From contig CM119267.1 of the NCBI GenBank assembly GCA_051294375.1, forward strand, positions 25,059,783-25,123,782: DNA of 64,000 nucleotides, written 5' to 3'. Shown here one piece after another: positions 22,671 through 35,464 of this stretch. The stretch's first letter is position 1. Each line of letters opens with the position of its first letter. This DNA comes from Paraspadella gotoi (Eukaryota > Animalia > Chaetognatha). Both the position numbers and the translations under genes were made by a program. The notes below the pieces were generated by a model. That model had not been told where the DNA came from. It did not search any database and saw only the letters and a list, made by a program, of their open reading frames with translations.

Positions 22671-25409
22671 TCTCGATGATCTTTTGTTTTTTCGATCGTT
22701 CGGTTTCTTATCTTTTTTCGTTAATCTCTTCACTACAAGAGGCGCTTTTGTTTCACCTTTTGTTTTCAACGCAACCTCTTCCGTATTCACGGGGGTTGTT
22801 TTAAATTCTTAGCGCTATTCCGAGCGATTTACCAATGACGTTTCGCTCGCGTGGCTAAGGTCATTCTCTCTCCGCCTTCAGTGGCAGAGAACCCCGTGAA
22901 CCTAAAGAGCAGCGAAGGAGATTAAGAGAAAATTAAAGAGAAAAGCGTGGCTAGGGACAACTTTAGAAAAATGGGGAAAAAGAGAAAAAAGTAAAATGGG
23001 GGGGGGGGAAGAGGAAAACCCAGCGAACGGAAGCGAACCGGAAATCCTTTTAGCGCGCAGAGTAAAAGAGGAAAAGTGCCTCCCTCCTTCGAAAGAAATA
23101 ATAATATAAATCAAGAGAGAGGAAAGTAAATAGAGAAAAAAAGATTAAAAACCGAGAAAAAATATAAAAAAAACTCGCCTTTGTTTCATACAAAAGAAAA
23201 AAGAAAGAAGTAAAATAAATATAGGAATTTAAAAGAAAATTTGCTCTTCTAAGTTCGGGAAAAAAAGAATACAGAATTCACCAAAAAGTTTCATATCTTC
23301 CAGTAGGAAAACATTAAAAAAATCCTTATAAATAATTGACTACAATTCAGAGTTAAATTCATAAAAATAAATATTAGCTGCATAAAATATATTTTTAAAA
23401 ATCATAATAACTAAAAATAATCAATATATAATCATAACTTAATAATTGGTTACGTCGACAACGAATTCAAAGGCGAGCCGACATTAATACTTGAGATGCT
23501 CAAAAAAAATCAGCGTGAAAAATGGAGGAAATGAAAAGAAATGAGGTTTAAATAAAATCGAGAAAGAAAAGAAAAAAAAAAGGAAAGAAAAAACGTGCGG
23601 CGCAGTTGCGTCTTGAAGCAACGCGGGAGGCGAGAGTCCGAGGGGAAAGAGAAGAGGGGGGAGGGGAAAGAGAAGAGGGGGGAGGGGACGGAGGAGGTTA
23701 GGAATCCAGAAAGATGGAATCAAATGGATGAAACGCAAGATGAAGACGTCACGGTGTCACAGGCTATGATTAAATTGCTGACATACAGAAAAGAGAGAGG
23801 GATGGAGAGAGAGAGAAAGAAAATATGGTTTTAATCCTGGACTCGTAACCCCGAAATTCGTTTTCCGTCCGGAGACCTAAGCCTCCCTTCTTCCCTATCT
23901 AAACCCCCTCATCCACCTGAGAAACGCCCTATCGCCCTTTTCAACTTTTCTCGGTTCACATCGATTTCCAATTTTCTTCTTCCTTTTTCTTTTTTTAATT
24001 CAATCTTTCTAAGCTCTTTTTTCTCCAAGAATGAGTCAAGTGCCATCGATGATCTTTTTTTTTAGTTAAACTCCCTAATAGGAATTTTTAATAATTATTA
24101 ATTAGTCTCATACATATATGAAATTGGTACAACCAATATAAAAATTATCATTGATTTAATAAATAAGCTATCTTGCCCCTGACTTTGGACAGGCTTTAGT
24201 GGTCCCTGCAAGCTTTCAATCAAGACTCTCTCACAGTCTCGTTTATTCACTCCCAGAGTACCTGGCTTCCCTAACAATGAAGTGGTATAATGTTTCAATG
24301 AATGTTTCAATTGTATGAAAAGACCACTCCCTTAAGTATTAGATCGGGGAATACTCTATTGTACTCCGCCCAGCATCAAAATACAATTTTATGAAATTGG
24401 TACAACCAAATTCCTTTTTGTGATGAATTCAAACCTACTTTTTTCAATATTTTTTCAAAAAAATCTTCCCAGTTCTATTTCCTTCCGATATTAACCACAA
24501 GACGTCAGGAATCTCCAATTTTTTGACATGTATCAACTGTCCATTACCAATAATTATTAATCAAAAATGACATTTATGATCCAGTCTTTTATAATTATAT
24601 AACGCTTGTTCTGTTAATCACTGCTTTTTTAGTTGCACCGCGAGTACTCGCGGAGCAACTCTATAAGTCACTTTTCGGTCAGTCAGTCCATTGGTATGTC
24701 TGTCCATCCGTCTGTCCCATTTATGTTAAAAACGCTTATAACTTGCTTATAGATTATTGCTCATTTGTTAAAAATCAAATCTAAGCGACTACTGGCGCCG
24801 CCTTTTGTTTTTAATAATAAATAAAAAGAAAAGTAATGCGGCGCAATACCTTGAAATAACCGTTCCTTGTTTTCTTCTGTGCTTATCGGTAAAAAAAGTT
24901 GTAACTATTTTATAAATATCAGTTTTGGATTCATTAATTTTAATAGTGTTTTTCGTTTATTTTCCTATGTCTATCGTTCATAAACAGTTGGCGACTTAAG
25001 TAAAACTTTGTAAAGTTGATCATGTAGATTACCTAAAAGCAAAAAAACCCAGTCAATACAATAAAAAATATAAAAATATGCAGCTTTGTGTAAAATATGC
25101 TATAAAAGATGAAGATCGAAGAGATGTAAAAAAATCTAATACCCAATTACAAAAAACTACCTCGTTTATTGTATAATGTATATTGTAACCATTGCAATAT
25201 ATGATTGAATATAGATCTACGATAAGGCAATAAAATTGATTCATAAGCGCTAACAATCAGAAAAAAAATGGGACCAAGGCAAAAAATTTGTTCAAAAATT
25301 GTTTTCATGATTATCTAAAAGTTAATAGATAGCAAAACAATGAACACGATTTTCTTTGACGTAAAACTAAATTGTCGTGCAAAAAAACTTAAAACAAAAA
25401 AAGACTTAA

Positions 25410-26540
25410 AACAAGTTTGAGCAAACAATGTCGGATCTGCCTACAAAAATTAATTAATTAATCGATTAATTAATTTTAATATTTAATAATTAATTATAAA
25501 TTTATATACAGCTTATCATCATCAATGTCCTTAAAATAAAGTAAATTGACTTATATTTTTTCCATTTAAACTCATTTCCACTGGCACAATTCCGTCAAAA
25601 CTTTATATCTAGCTTCTTCACAAACTTTCCTTCCCGCTCACAAAATTTCATCTCAATCTATTATGGGTTAAAATAAGTAAAAGAGTCAAGTAAATGTGAC
25701 TCATATTTTTTTCATTTAAACTATTTTCCACTCGTACCGAAACTTATATAAGCTTCGTCACACATTTTCCTACCCACACACAAAATTTGAACTCAATCTA
25801 TCATCCAATTATGATTAATTAGAGTATTTATTGGTTAAAATAAGTAAAAAGATTTTAGTAAATGCGACTTATGTTTTTTTCATTTAAACTCATATCCACT
25901 CACACGATTCCCGAAACTTTATATCCAGCTTCATCACACATGTTCCTACCTATACACAAAGAATTTCATTCCGATCCAACCAGCCAATCACGAGTTATGG
26001 GCTTTTTACTAAGGTGGGACGGATGGACGGATTGATTGTAATTAATTAATGATTAATTGATTATTATTTATTAATACATCCTTCATATACATTTAATATA
26101 AGAAAAAAAATCAATCAATTAGTGAAACAGGTTTTTGTTTTTTTCCAATTTAAACTAATTTCATCAAACGATTCCATCAAACTGTCCTGTCATCACTTCT
26201 ATAATAAAAATATAACATCATCGACAATTGCTAGTGTTTTTTGTTTTTTCCATTTAAATCATTTCCACTCACGATTCCATCAACTTAATCCGTCAATCGC
26301 ACACTTCCTACCCCACACAAAATTTCATTCAAATCCATCCATCCAATTACGAGTAATTGGTGTTTTTGCTAAGGTGGGACGGACGGACGGGGACAGACAC
26401 ATTTTTTTTGCATAATTTATCATATATCGATATTCTGACAATGATATAAGTTAGTGCCCGACAATATTGAGGGGCGGACCGACGGACCGACAAAGTGAAT
26501 TATAGAAGTCGGGATCTGCTGATAAGCAGATCCGACTAAA
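25410..26540 (-). mobile_element. HINE/DINE-1-like family A, full-length, with internal tandem sub-repeats
   Basis: subTIR GTCGGATCTGC / GCAGATCCGAC, terminal hairpin gtcgggatctgctgataagcagatccgac, GGAC microsatellite, repeated catttaaactcatttccact... blocks, A/T-run flanks, no TSD. Confidence 0.78.
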
Positions 26541-26577
26541 AACTGATGTCCTTTTTTCCTTACTCCGACCAAATTAA

Positions 26578-27504
26578 TCAAACGGCGTCTGCTAAGATCT
26601 TGAAGGCGTCCTCGACGGGCTTGGACTGCTGCTCCTTGAACTCCTTCAGGACGCCCACGATTCTGGATTGCGAGAAAGGATTGCCCCACAGCAGATGGTC
26701 GAGCAGACGACGGGCATATTCGAGCTCGTCCTCGCGCATGGCGTCGATACACGGGAAGGGCGGCCGACCGCCGCCGTCATGAGTCTTCGTCTCGACGCCG
26801 TTGAGGCGACACATGGACCAACTGGTCAGATCGCGACCGACTGAGAAAAAAGAAAAGAAAAGGATAGGAATCGTTGAGAAAGTATAATAAAAGATTTTAT
26901 CAGTGGTCAAGCTTCTGGAACTCACAAGGCGGTAAGCGCCTCGTCTGAAACCTCTCGACCACGTATCCCAATGAGCCGGTTAGTATCGTCTCTCCTCCAC
27001 TAGGATCAGCCTTGGCCGCCAAATCGGCCACAGTGAATTCGGGAAGATCTTTCCAGTCGGGGAGCGTCTCTGCGACGGATAACGAGGATAATCACAAAAG
27101 TGAAAAAGGGTAAGGTAAACTGGGAGAAAACTCACTTCTCTTTTCCAGTATTTCTGGCGGAGGGATGTAATAAGGTAAGTTCTCCAGTTTACGGATATAG
27201 GCCTCGTCGAGGCCGGCTTTCTTGGCGCCCTGACAAGAATCAGGATTTATGAGCCGATACACACACACAAACTATAATGACGACTCACGCTAATGAGGAT
27301 GTCGAGGTATCGCTTGGAGCAGGGGGCCTCCTCCGTCGGAGCCCCGGGTCGCGAGTCAAAGAAGAAGCCATTGAGAATTCGACCGTCGTAGGCCTCAAAC
27401 TCTGTCTCCTTACGCACGTAAACCCCTTCCATCCGGGCGAGCGCGTCTGAGAGACAAAAACCGGATTAGTTGAGAAGCAGAGTTGCTCATCAGGGCAATT
27501 GGTT

Positions 27505-27558
<54 letters not shown>

Positions 27559-28503
27559 AACCACACACCTGCGTCCTCTAGGCTCAACTTGATGGCTACC
27601 CCATGAACGTTCTCTCCCTCCTCTCGCCTGAGGCTGGCGAACGAGGGTTCGAAGTAGGGAAAAGCGAGAAGACTGAAACAGAGGCGGTGACCCTTGAGGA
27701 TCGCGGGGGTCGAGTCCAGCGCCTGGAGGGCACAGGGTCACAATTACTTCTTTTTCGTATCATTTACTCAGGGGAGGTTTTAGACGAATATACTTCTAAT
27801 CTTGGATTTTCAATTATTCATTTTTTTAAATAGGATTGTACGTTTCATCCACCTCAGTTGCCATTAAAAATGCTCAAATAAAAAAGATTTTAAAACCATC
27901 TCCAGTTTTACTAACGAAGTTTTTACGATAAGCGATTTACGATTTTTTACATTAAGCCAATTTCCCTCTTTTTTTTAAATTTTTCCCCGGAGTTTCCGAG
28001 GACCTTACGCTCCGTTTGGCCTATTATTACTACATTGATTTTTAAAGCAAATAATGATAATAAAACTCATTATGCATCGTTAAGAAATACAGGGTTGAAC
28101 TTTCTCCTGTCTACTTCGTCGGTTCATACAAAACATGTTACAAAAATGTTAAATACAGATGAATATTTTATATTATAGTAAATTCATTAAAAAATTACGA
28201 ATAAAAAAACCACAAAAATAAGTTTTATAAAAGTAACAGTAAATTTAAAACAGCATACATACATAATTATACCGCATACCAAATAAAATAAAAAATTGGG
28301 CAGTTTCAAAATTTTTCAGAGGTGAGACTTCTCACCGAGTAGTTTATATGTATTACTATCAACAATTAAATGTCATTCGGATTAAAAAGAGGTATTGATC
28401 ATCTTACGTCTAATCCCTTGACGCTCTTCATGTAGGCGGGGTCCATGTTGCTCCCGAATCCAAATGACCACGTCGTACCCGACTCTTCGCTTCCCGACGC
28501 CAT
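26578..28503 (-). CDS. Gamma-glutamylcyclotransferase-fold protein (GliK-like) with a C-terminal cytochrome-b5/MAPR-like domain, 302 aa
   Basis: Exons 28503-28408, 27722-27569, 27446-27289, 27229-27136, 27069-26926, 26840-26578 join in frame. GGCT motifs WSFGFGSNM, VHGV, RMEG (catalytic-Glu position), SKRYLDILISGAKKAGLDEAYIRKL. Confidence 0.85.
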
Positions 28504-29870
28504 TTTGCTCGAGGACGGAAAAGATCGCGATAAAAAGCGACTGATCAAGTTTTTATTCTGAGTTCGACTTAACGAAATCCAGTCGACGACTCGCATATAG
28601 AGAAAGCATAAAATGTAATTCCTAAATTTGGGGATAAAAGTGGGTGAAAATATTATCCGTCTTTGATTCTGTGCTCAGCTGTGAAGCCTGAACGAAAGCC
28701 TCGTTAAACGTCGCTCAAAAACGTAAATTTACAATACGTACCACTTACGCCTAAACGAGCCTCATTTGGACTTTCATTTTTATTATTTCATTTATTTTTT
28801 TCAATTTATTTTTATTTATTTTATTTTATTTTCTTTGTGCGAGACTAAAACAAAAAAGAAGTCGGGGGGGTGGAAGGAAGACAAGACAATACTCCATCCA
28901 GATAAGCATAGAGAAAAAGAGAGAGAAAGAGCCGCTTTGACAACAAAAGAATCAACAGAGGGAGAGAGAGAGTGACGAAATTTGTCTCCAAAGGCGGAGA
29001 CTGAGTCAAACAAGGGCGACAAAAAATGTGAAGGCGTCACTGAAACAAAGACGGGGTAAATGGAAAAAAAAATGGGGGGACAAGCGAAAAAGGGGAGGGA
29101 AGGAAAACAAGGATTGGAAGAAGAGGAAAGAGGGAATGGAGGAAGGAGACTTTGGAATCAATAATGAAGGAGGCCAGGAAAGTGAGAGTGAAGGTGAAGG
29201 AAGAATGAAGCAGAAAAAAGGGAAAAAAAATTTGAGGCGAGAAATAGTAATCGAAAAAGAAAAGGGAGGAAGGATGGTCGGAGAAATGGTGAAAGAAAAA
29301 AACGGAGGCAACTCCGACATCGGGTCGACCCTCATTATCAGTCATCCCGTCAATCTCAGATTTTCTCGATAGCGGTTTCGGTTCGAGGAAGAAGGATGGT
29401 AGAGGACTCGGGATTGAAAGAGAGAAAGAAGCAAAAGAAAGAAAAAGAAAAAAAATGTGAAAAGAAAAGGAAAGAGAAGACGAGAAAAGAAAAAAGAAAA
29501 AGGGGGAAGAGAGAAAAAATGAAAAATAAAAGAACAAGAAGGCGAAACAACGCAAAAGCCAATTTTGTAAGAATCCCCGTCTCATGCTGGTCCCAAAAAT
29601 CAGCCAATCAATTAAATTTCCTTAATGATGTATTAATCCCCATAAGAATGAGCGAATCGAACAACATTAATATAAACCAAATGATCAAGTTAAAACCTCT
29701 ATGTTGAATTATTTTATCTCAACACGGCTACCAAAAAAAATATTCACGTATTCGTATTTAATAATGAAAATGAATTCTGATTCATGGCAGTTAGGCGACG
29801 ATATCTCTCTTTCCCCTTGACTTCGCTTCATTTAAAACTTAAATATCGTGCGTCGCCAAACACAACAGCT

Positions 29871-29925
<55 letters not shown>

Positions 29926-30143
29926 TTGGAAAAGTCTTTCATTCCCTAATTTTGCAGCCGCCTATGTCGTTGCCAGGTGAGAGAGAGGATTTGAGGAGGC
30001 AAAGGAGGAGGATTAGGGAAGGGGGAAAAAAAATGATAAGATTTGAATCAAGTTGAAGAAAAAAAAAAGAATTGAGATGATAATCATAGAAAATCGTAGA
30101 AAATGGGAAAAAAGAGAATAACTCAAAAAGAAAAAGGAGTTTG

Positions 30144-30735
30144 GGTAGCGGTAGCCGACCAAATTCAAATTTTAATGGGAACAGCATTAAACTAATCCAT
30201 TATTGGTATTAATTATTGTATTAAAATATTTTTTTGCAAAAATTTTCCAAACCATGAGTAATTCGCTAATTAATATCATTATATTGTTATATAATGTCAA
30301 AAATTTTTTTGGGGATATTTTAAGTTTTTTTAATTGATTCTGATAGAGCTTAAAAAGTTAAGCAAAAAATATAATTACAACTTTTTAAAATTTTGATGTT
30401 TTATTACTTAAAATTAGTAAAAACTGCTAAAATCATCGGATGATGATGATGATGATGATTTTTTAAAGTTTTTCCCAGTTTTGACCCACTTATCATCAAA
30501 ATATTGAAAAAAGAATTATACTTTGTGTAGACAACTTTTTATAAGCTATCTGAATCTGCTTTTAAAAATACAAAACTTAAAAAAAAAATTTGGACATTTC
30601 CTATCTATAAATAAATATTAAAAAATTAATTACTAATGCTTCTTGCCATTTTAGAAAATTTTGGTCCATTGAAAGTTTTCTCAGAAATGTATTTGAAAAG
30701 GTTCCCAAATCAAACTTCTGACCCACCCCATTGAC
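30144..30735. mobile_element. Non-autonomous DNA-transposon-like repeat (host family); related copies at ~57965-59518 and partly 49421-49962
   Basis: Shared blocks gattctgatagagc.taaaaagttaa, gatgatgatgatg and tatactttgtgtagacaacttttt. The end motif gtagcggtagccg here is inverted as cggctacccctac at ~59505. Confidence 0.6.
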
Positions 30736-31642
30736 AAAGTTTGGCTCTAGTTTGGGTTGAGAATTAGAGCCAACAATCGAGGGAAACGTGAAAACCGAAC
30801 TCGTAAAAGAAACTCGATTCAGAGAATGAAGAGAGAGAGAGAAAGAGAGAGAATCTTTGAAAACCCGAAGTTTTAAACTCGATACGGAAGCGAATCGAAA
30901 ACGACCTCGAATAAATGCAGGACTTTTTTCCCTTCGAGACCGGAAAGATCCTTTCCGCGTCCTCGATTCCACAAACCCGCATTTTCAAATTCCGATTCAA
31001 AATCTCACGGAATGCGCTTTTTCTCCACGTGGAATCTCGCTCACACACACACACACACACTCTCTCTCTCTCTCAGCCCGACGACGGTTGTACCCCTCGA
31101 TTCTAAACAAGATGGAAACGAACGGCCAATCGGCGATTGGCACCGCGAGGGACGATCAGCCAATGCGTCCAATCCGCGAGCGACGGGGGGAAAGGATCGT
31201 GGGATGCATCGACTTTTGTCCCGATGTCGATGAATGAATAACCAGCGAACGCTCCTTTGCTCTCGCGTATGGCTAAAGGCAACTTTTTAATCGAAAGGGG
31301 AAACAACAAGGCGACAAGATTGTTAAAGAGTCTCTCTCTCTCTCTCTCTCTACAACTTCAAAAGTCGCGCGTAACCAAAATTATAGTTTCTTTCCGAATT
31401 TTTTCGCTTCGTTTTTTAATCTTCATTTTATCGTCCACATAAAAATTATCAAGAGTCGATCAAATTAATTATATAATAAATTATCAAAACATTTAAAATA
31501 TTCAGAGGCGACTTACTATCTAGGCTTTACGTTTTATTCTGACTCGAGTTATATTTAGATCACTTTGTGTCAGTCGCAAACACAAAGATCGCGCTCGTTT
31601 ACTACTCATTTGCATTTTCCTCTTTGTTTCTCTGTCGTACAC

Positions 31643-31750
<108 letters not shown>

Positions 31751-32153
31751 CGGGGTTAGCGTGACGCACCTGGTCGACCTCGACAAGGTGGAAAAAGAGA
31801 AAGTCGACTTCGGGCGAAAAGAAACGGGGCGAGGAAGGGGGATAGCCAAAAAAAAAAAAGAAAAAAGAGAGAGACGAAGTCTCGAACGACGTAACATCAT
31901 GCGACGCTGCAAACGACAACAGATGGACTCTCGTTCATCGACTCTGTCCAACAAGACCGAATCGCCGCACGGAACGGAGGATGGGAGAAATACCCGTCAA
32001 ATTAAAAGACGTTAAAGGACGAAGAGTAATCCACGAAAAAACGACACAAAAAAAGAAAAAACGAATTCTACTTGATAAGTGAAAGTGAATCGATAGGAAA
32101 GGAGGATCGATTCTATCCAAAATTCATTCTAGGAAGATTCATCGGCGGTTCAA

Positions 32154-32227
<74 letters not shown>

Positions 32228-32919
32228 AACACATTTAAACGAGAAAAAAAAACAAACTGTTAACAACCACACCCTCCGGTCCCTCGGTCCGCGCGACAAA
32301 AACGAATCAGGACTCGTCGCCTCAATTGGATCGAACCAACAAATTGAATTAATTACTACGTTTTGGAAAGATACGGTACTATTTTTTTTTAATTTAAAAA
32401 AATAATATTGAAGGAGTTAATGAAAATAAACGATAATCGAAGCCCGACCCTTTTGTCTCTTTTTACAGTTTTTAAACGTCGCAACGATATCTTTTTTTTT
32501 GCTTAAAACGCAACATTTTTTAAAATTTTACATTTTTCCTCGAAACGAACCCGCGCACGAAAACCGGAACTGAGACCAAATGGAAAGTCGCCCCATTTAA
32601 AAATATTTATCATCGATTTTTTCCCTTAAACCTAAACTGAAGGAGAAAAAAAAATTCGTGAGAATCTCTTTAAATGAATTATCGAGAAATAATCCCAATT
32701 AATTTAGGATAAGAGTAATACATCTGTTACTTTAAACGAGTGGGCAATGAAAGAGACTTTTAATTTTGTTCCATTACCAGTGAACTTCTTTTAACTTTAC
32801 TAATTCAGTAATTGGTTAAATGCAAAGTTATCAAATTCAATCAAGTACACATTAATCAAGGAGATATTCGAATAACGTCACATTCACAAAGATTATCTAC
32901 AAATTCGACCCGAGACGCA

Positions 32920-33193
32920 CCATCCTCTCCTCATCTCCATCCTCTCCTCATCTCCATCCTCTCCTAATCTTCTGTTAGAGGGCGAATCCTGCGTACCCCC
33001 TGATGGGCGATGAGAACGGTGAGAGATCAAAGAGGTGACACGGAACGTCACAGCGTGGCAGAATGTCTTGGATCAACCATAGGTATGGATACTATCCATT
33101 GGATAGATCATCCTCTCCCAATCTCCATCCTCTCCAATCTCCATCCTCTCCAATCTCCATCCTCTCCAATCTCCATCCTCTCCAATCTCCATC
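32920..33193. repeat. 16-17 bp minisatellite (catcctctccaatctc), two clusters
   Basis: Clusters at ~32920-32970 and ~33108-33193. Confidence 0.85.
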
Positions 33194-34311
33194 GCTCTTC
33201 TGTCTTATGTCTCGATCCAGATCTCGAGTTTGGAAAAAAGCTGGAAGTCTCCGTCGACCTTCGACAATCGATTTGACTCGACGTAAAGACGAGAGAAGAG
33301 AAAATCCGAATCCCGAAAGCGAAACTCCTGACTCACAATCGTCATCGGGAAAATCAACAATTGAGTCAAAACACGGGGTCGATCTCCGGAGTGTTTGCTT
33401 GGCGGAACCTTCAACACTGAAAGCCGTCATGAAAAAATGTACACTCAAGTTTTTAATTCGTAATTCTTTTCGAAATGGTATATCATCATTTTTCAGCCGA
33501 CATTGAGATATAAAAACTTGTATCTGCAACTCTAGTTAAAAAACCTAACATTTTTTAAAAAAATTATATTCCACCATGCGGAAAAAAAAAAACAAACAAC
33601 GAACGGGGCTTAAAATTCTTAGTCCAGAAATAAAAGAAAAACCCCAACGTTCGATCGCGGTTAAAATCTTTGGGTAATCGTCGGTAATTGAAAATTGTTA
33701 ACCTTTGGAACTAAATGTCAACATCGAACGAAGTTTCAACTTCATCCTTCGCTTTTCTTTGTTTTCGCTCTCGAGTGAGATGTAGATCGGGGGGAGAAGG
33801 GGGTAGAAAAGAGTGGAGGAGGGAAGAGATGGGTAAAAATGGGGTAAAGGGTGTATTTTAAAAAAAATTTATATAAAATTATCAGAATGCCATAAACATA
33901 TTTTTTAATAAGAAGTAAAAAACATAAAAAACGACGGAAAAAGAAAAAGGGGATGGTCAAACGCCGCGTAACATCTAAGCCTTTTTTCGTCTTTCCGCTC
34001 AAACCGTCTTTCATGACCGGAGAAGCGACGTGAAGAAAAAAATGGGAAATCCTTGGAATTCTTTCTCCATTTTCTCGTTAACTTCGAATCTCGGCACCTT
34101 AAAACCCCGGCACCTCGAGAACCCTTCCCGAAACCTGCGAAGAGGTTGGCAAACTTTACGGCTTTTTTAAAGACTCAGCGTTCGCGCCTCGCTCTCGTAA
34201 TTCTATCGCTTCGCTCGCTCGGCCTAAGTGAGAGGCTCGCGTTTCAGAACTAGCCGACCGCCGAAATCTAGCAGCATCAGACAAGGAATCCACGAAGACG
34301 ATCTGAAATCC

Positions 34312-34344
<33 letters not shown>

Positions 34345-34487
34345 TTTCTTGGGAATCTCGCATGATCGTGTTACATGAAAAAATAGAAGGGGAGGAAAAG
34401 TCCGAGAAAAATCCTTTTTCTTCTCTCTTTCCTTTTCCATATCGGACTCTGGGCCCACCGCCAGGATTCATCGTCATCTTCTATCAT

Positions 34488-34544
<57 letters not shown>

Positions 34545-35464
34545 CTCGCCAAAATAGATAAGAAAACCCAAGAGTTCTCAGACTTGTTGTAAAAATGTTT
34601 ACCCCCAAGTAGAGGCATTTGGTGAGGGGAAATAGTGAGGGGCTGCAAGGGCAAAAAGGGTAGAGGGGAGAATCGAGAGAAAATGGATAAAGGTTAAGGG
34701 GAAACCGGAGATAGGGAGAGCGAGAGGTTAAGAAAGGGAGAGAGTTGAACGGAGAGAGAAGAATAAAAATAAAAAGTGGGATGGAACAGGATAAAAAATA
34801 TAAAGGGAATCGAAAGGGGCGAAGAAAAAAAAGGGTGGAAAGATAAAAGATCTTCTTTCATCATCCCAACCAAATCTGTTTGCATTTCACAAAATTTAAA
34901 GAAACAACCCCCCCCTCTAAAAAATTCAAGGGATGAAGTCAAAAAACTTTTTTTCCCCTTAATTTGAAAAAAAAAAAGATTCTTTTTGATCAGATTCCAA
35001 CGTTTCGAATTTTTGCAGATTCTGTTTTTGGAGTTAAAAAGAAATCAACGACTTGGAACCTTTTTTTTCGTCTAAGACGAAGAAGAAGAGGAAGAGCTGG
35101 GGGAAGGAAGATGGACTCCGCGGCTCGGAACTAATCCCTCCGTCCTTTTCTGTTTCTCTCTCCCCTCCCCATCAGTCGCGCTCTCTCTCTCTCTCTCGAC
35201 CCGGGAAGAAAAACTATGCGGATTTTTGAGAAAAAACTGAGCAACTTAGCGTCTGTCGCCGTCTCACTCTATCTCCGCTCGGCTCCGTGTCTCTCCATCC
35301 CTCGGCCCGGGGAAATAGTATGAATACGCTGCCGATGAGTAAAGGGTCAGAAGAAAAAAAAAGTAAATCGTAGAAAGGGGAAATAAAAAAAAAAGGAACT
35401 CCGAGCTGCATAAATTTCATCGTTTTGGAAAAATCTAGACAACGAAAAAAACTTTTTCGAACCG

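Larger units (their letters stand above)
10403..24907. repeat. ~7 kb near-tandem duplication (10403-17447 vs ~18010-24907), probably an assembly artefact
   Basis: Collinear copies, both ending at ...aaaaaagttgtaactat. Differences are dominated by 1-bp and homopolymer indels. Adjacent to the gap. Confidence 0.9.

Noticed and set aside
32973-33416. Solo LTR (TGTT..AACA)
   Set aside because: No matching TSD and no second copy in the window.
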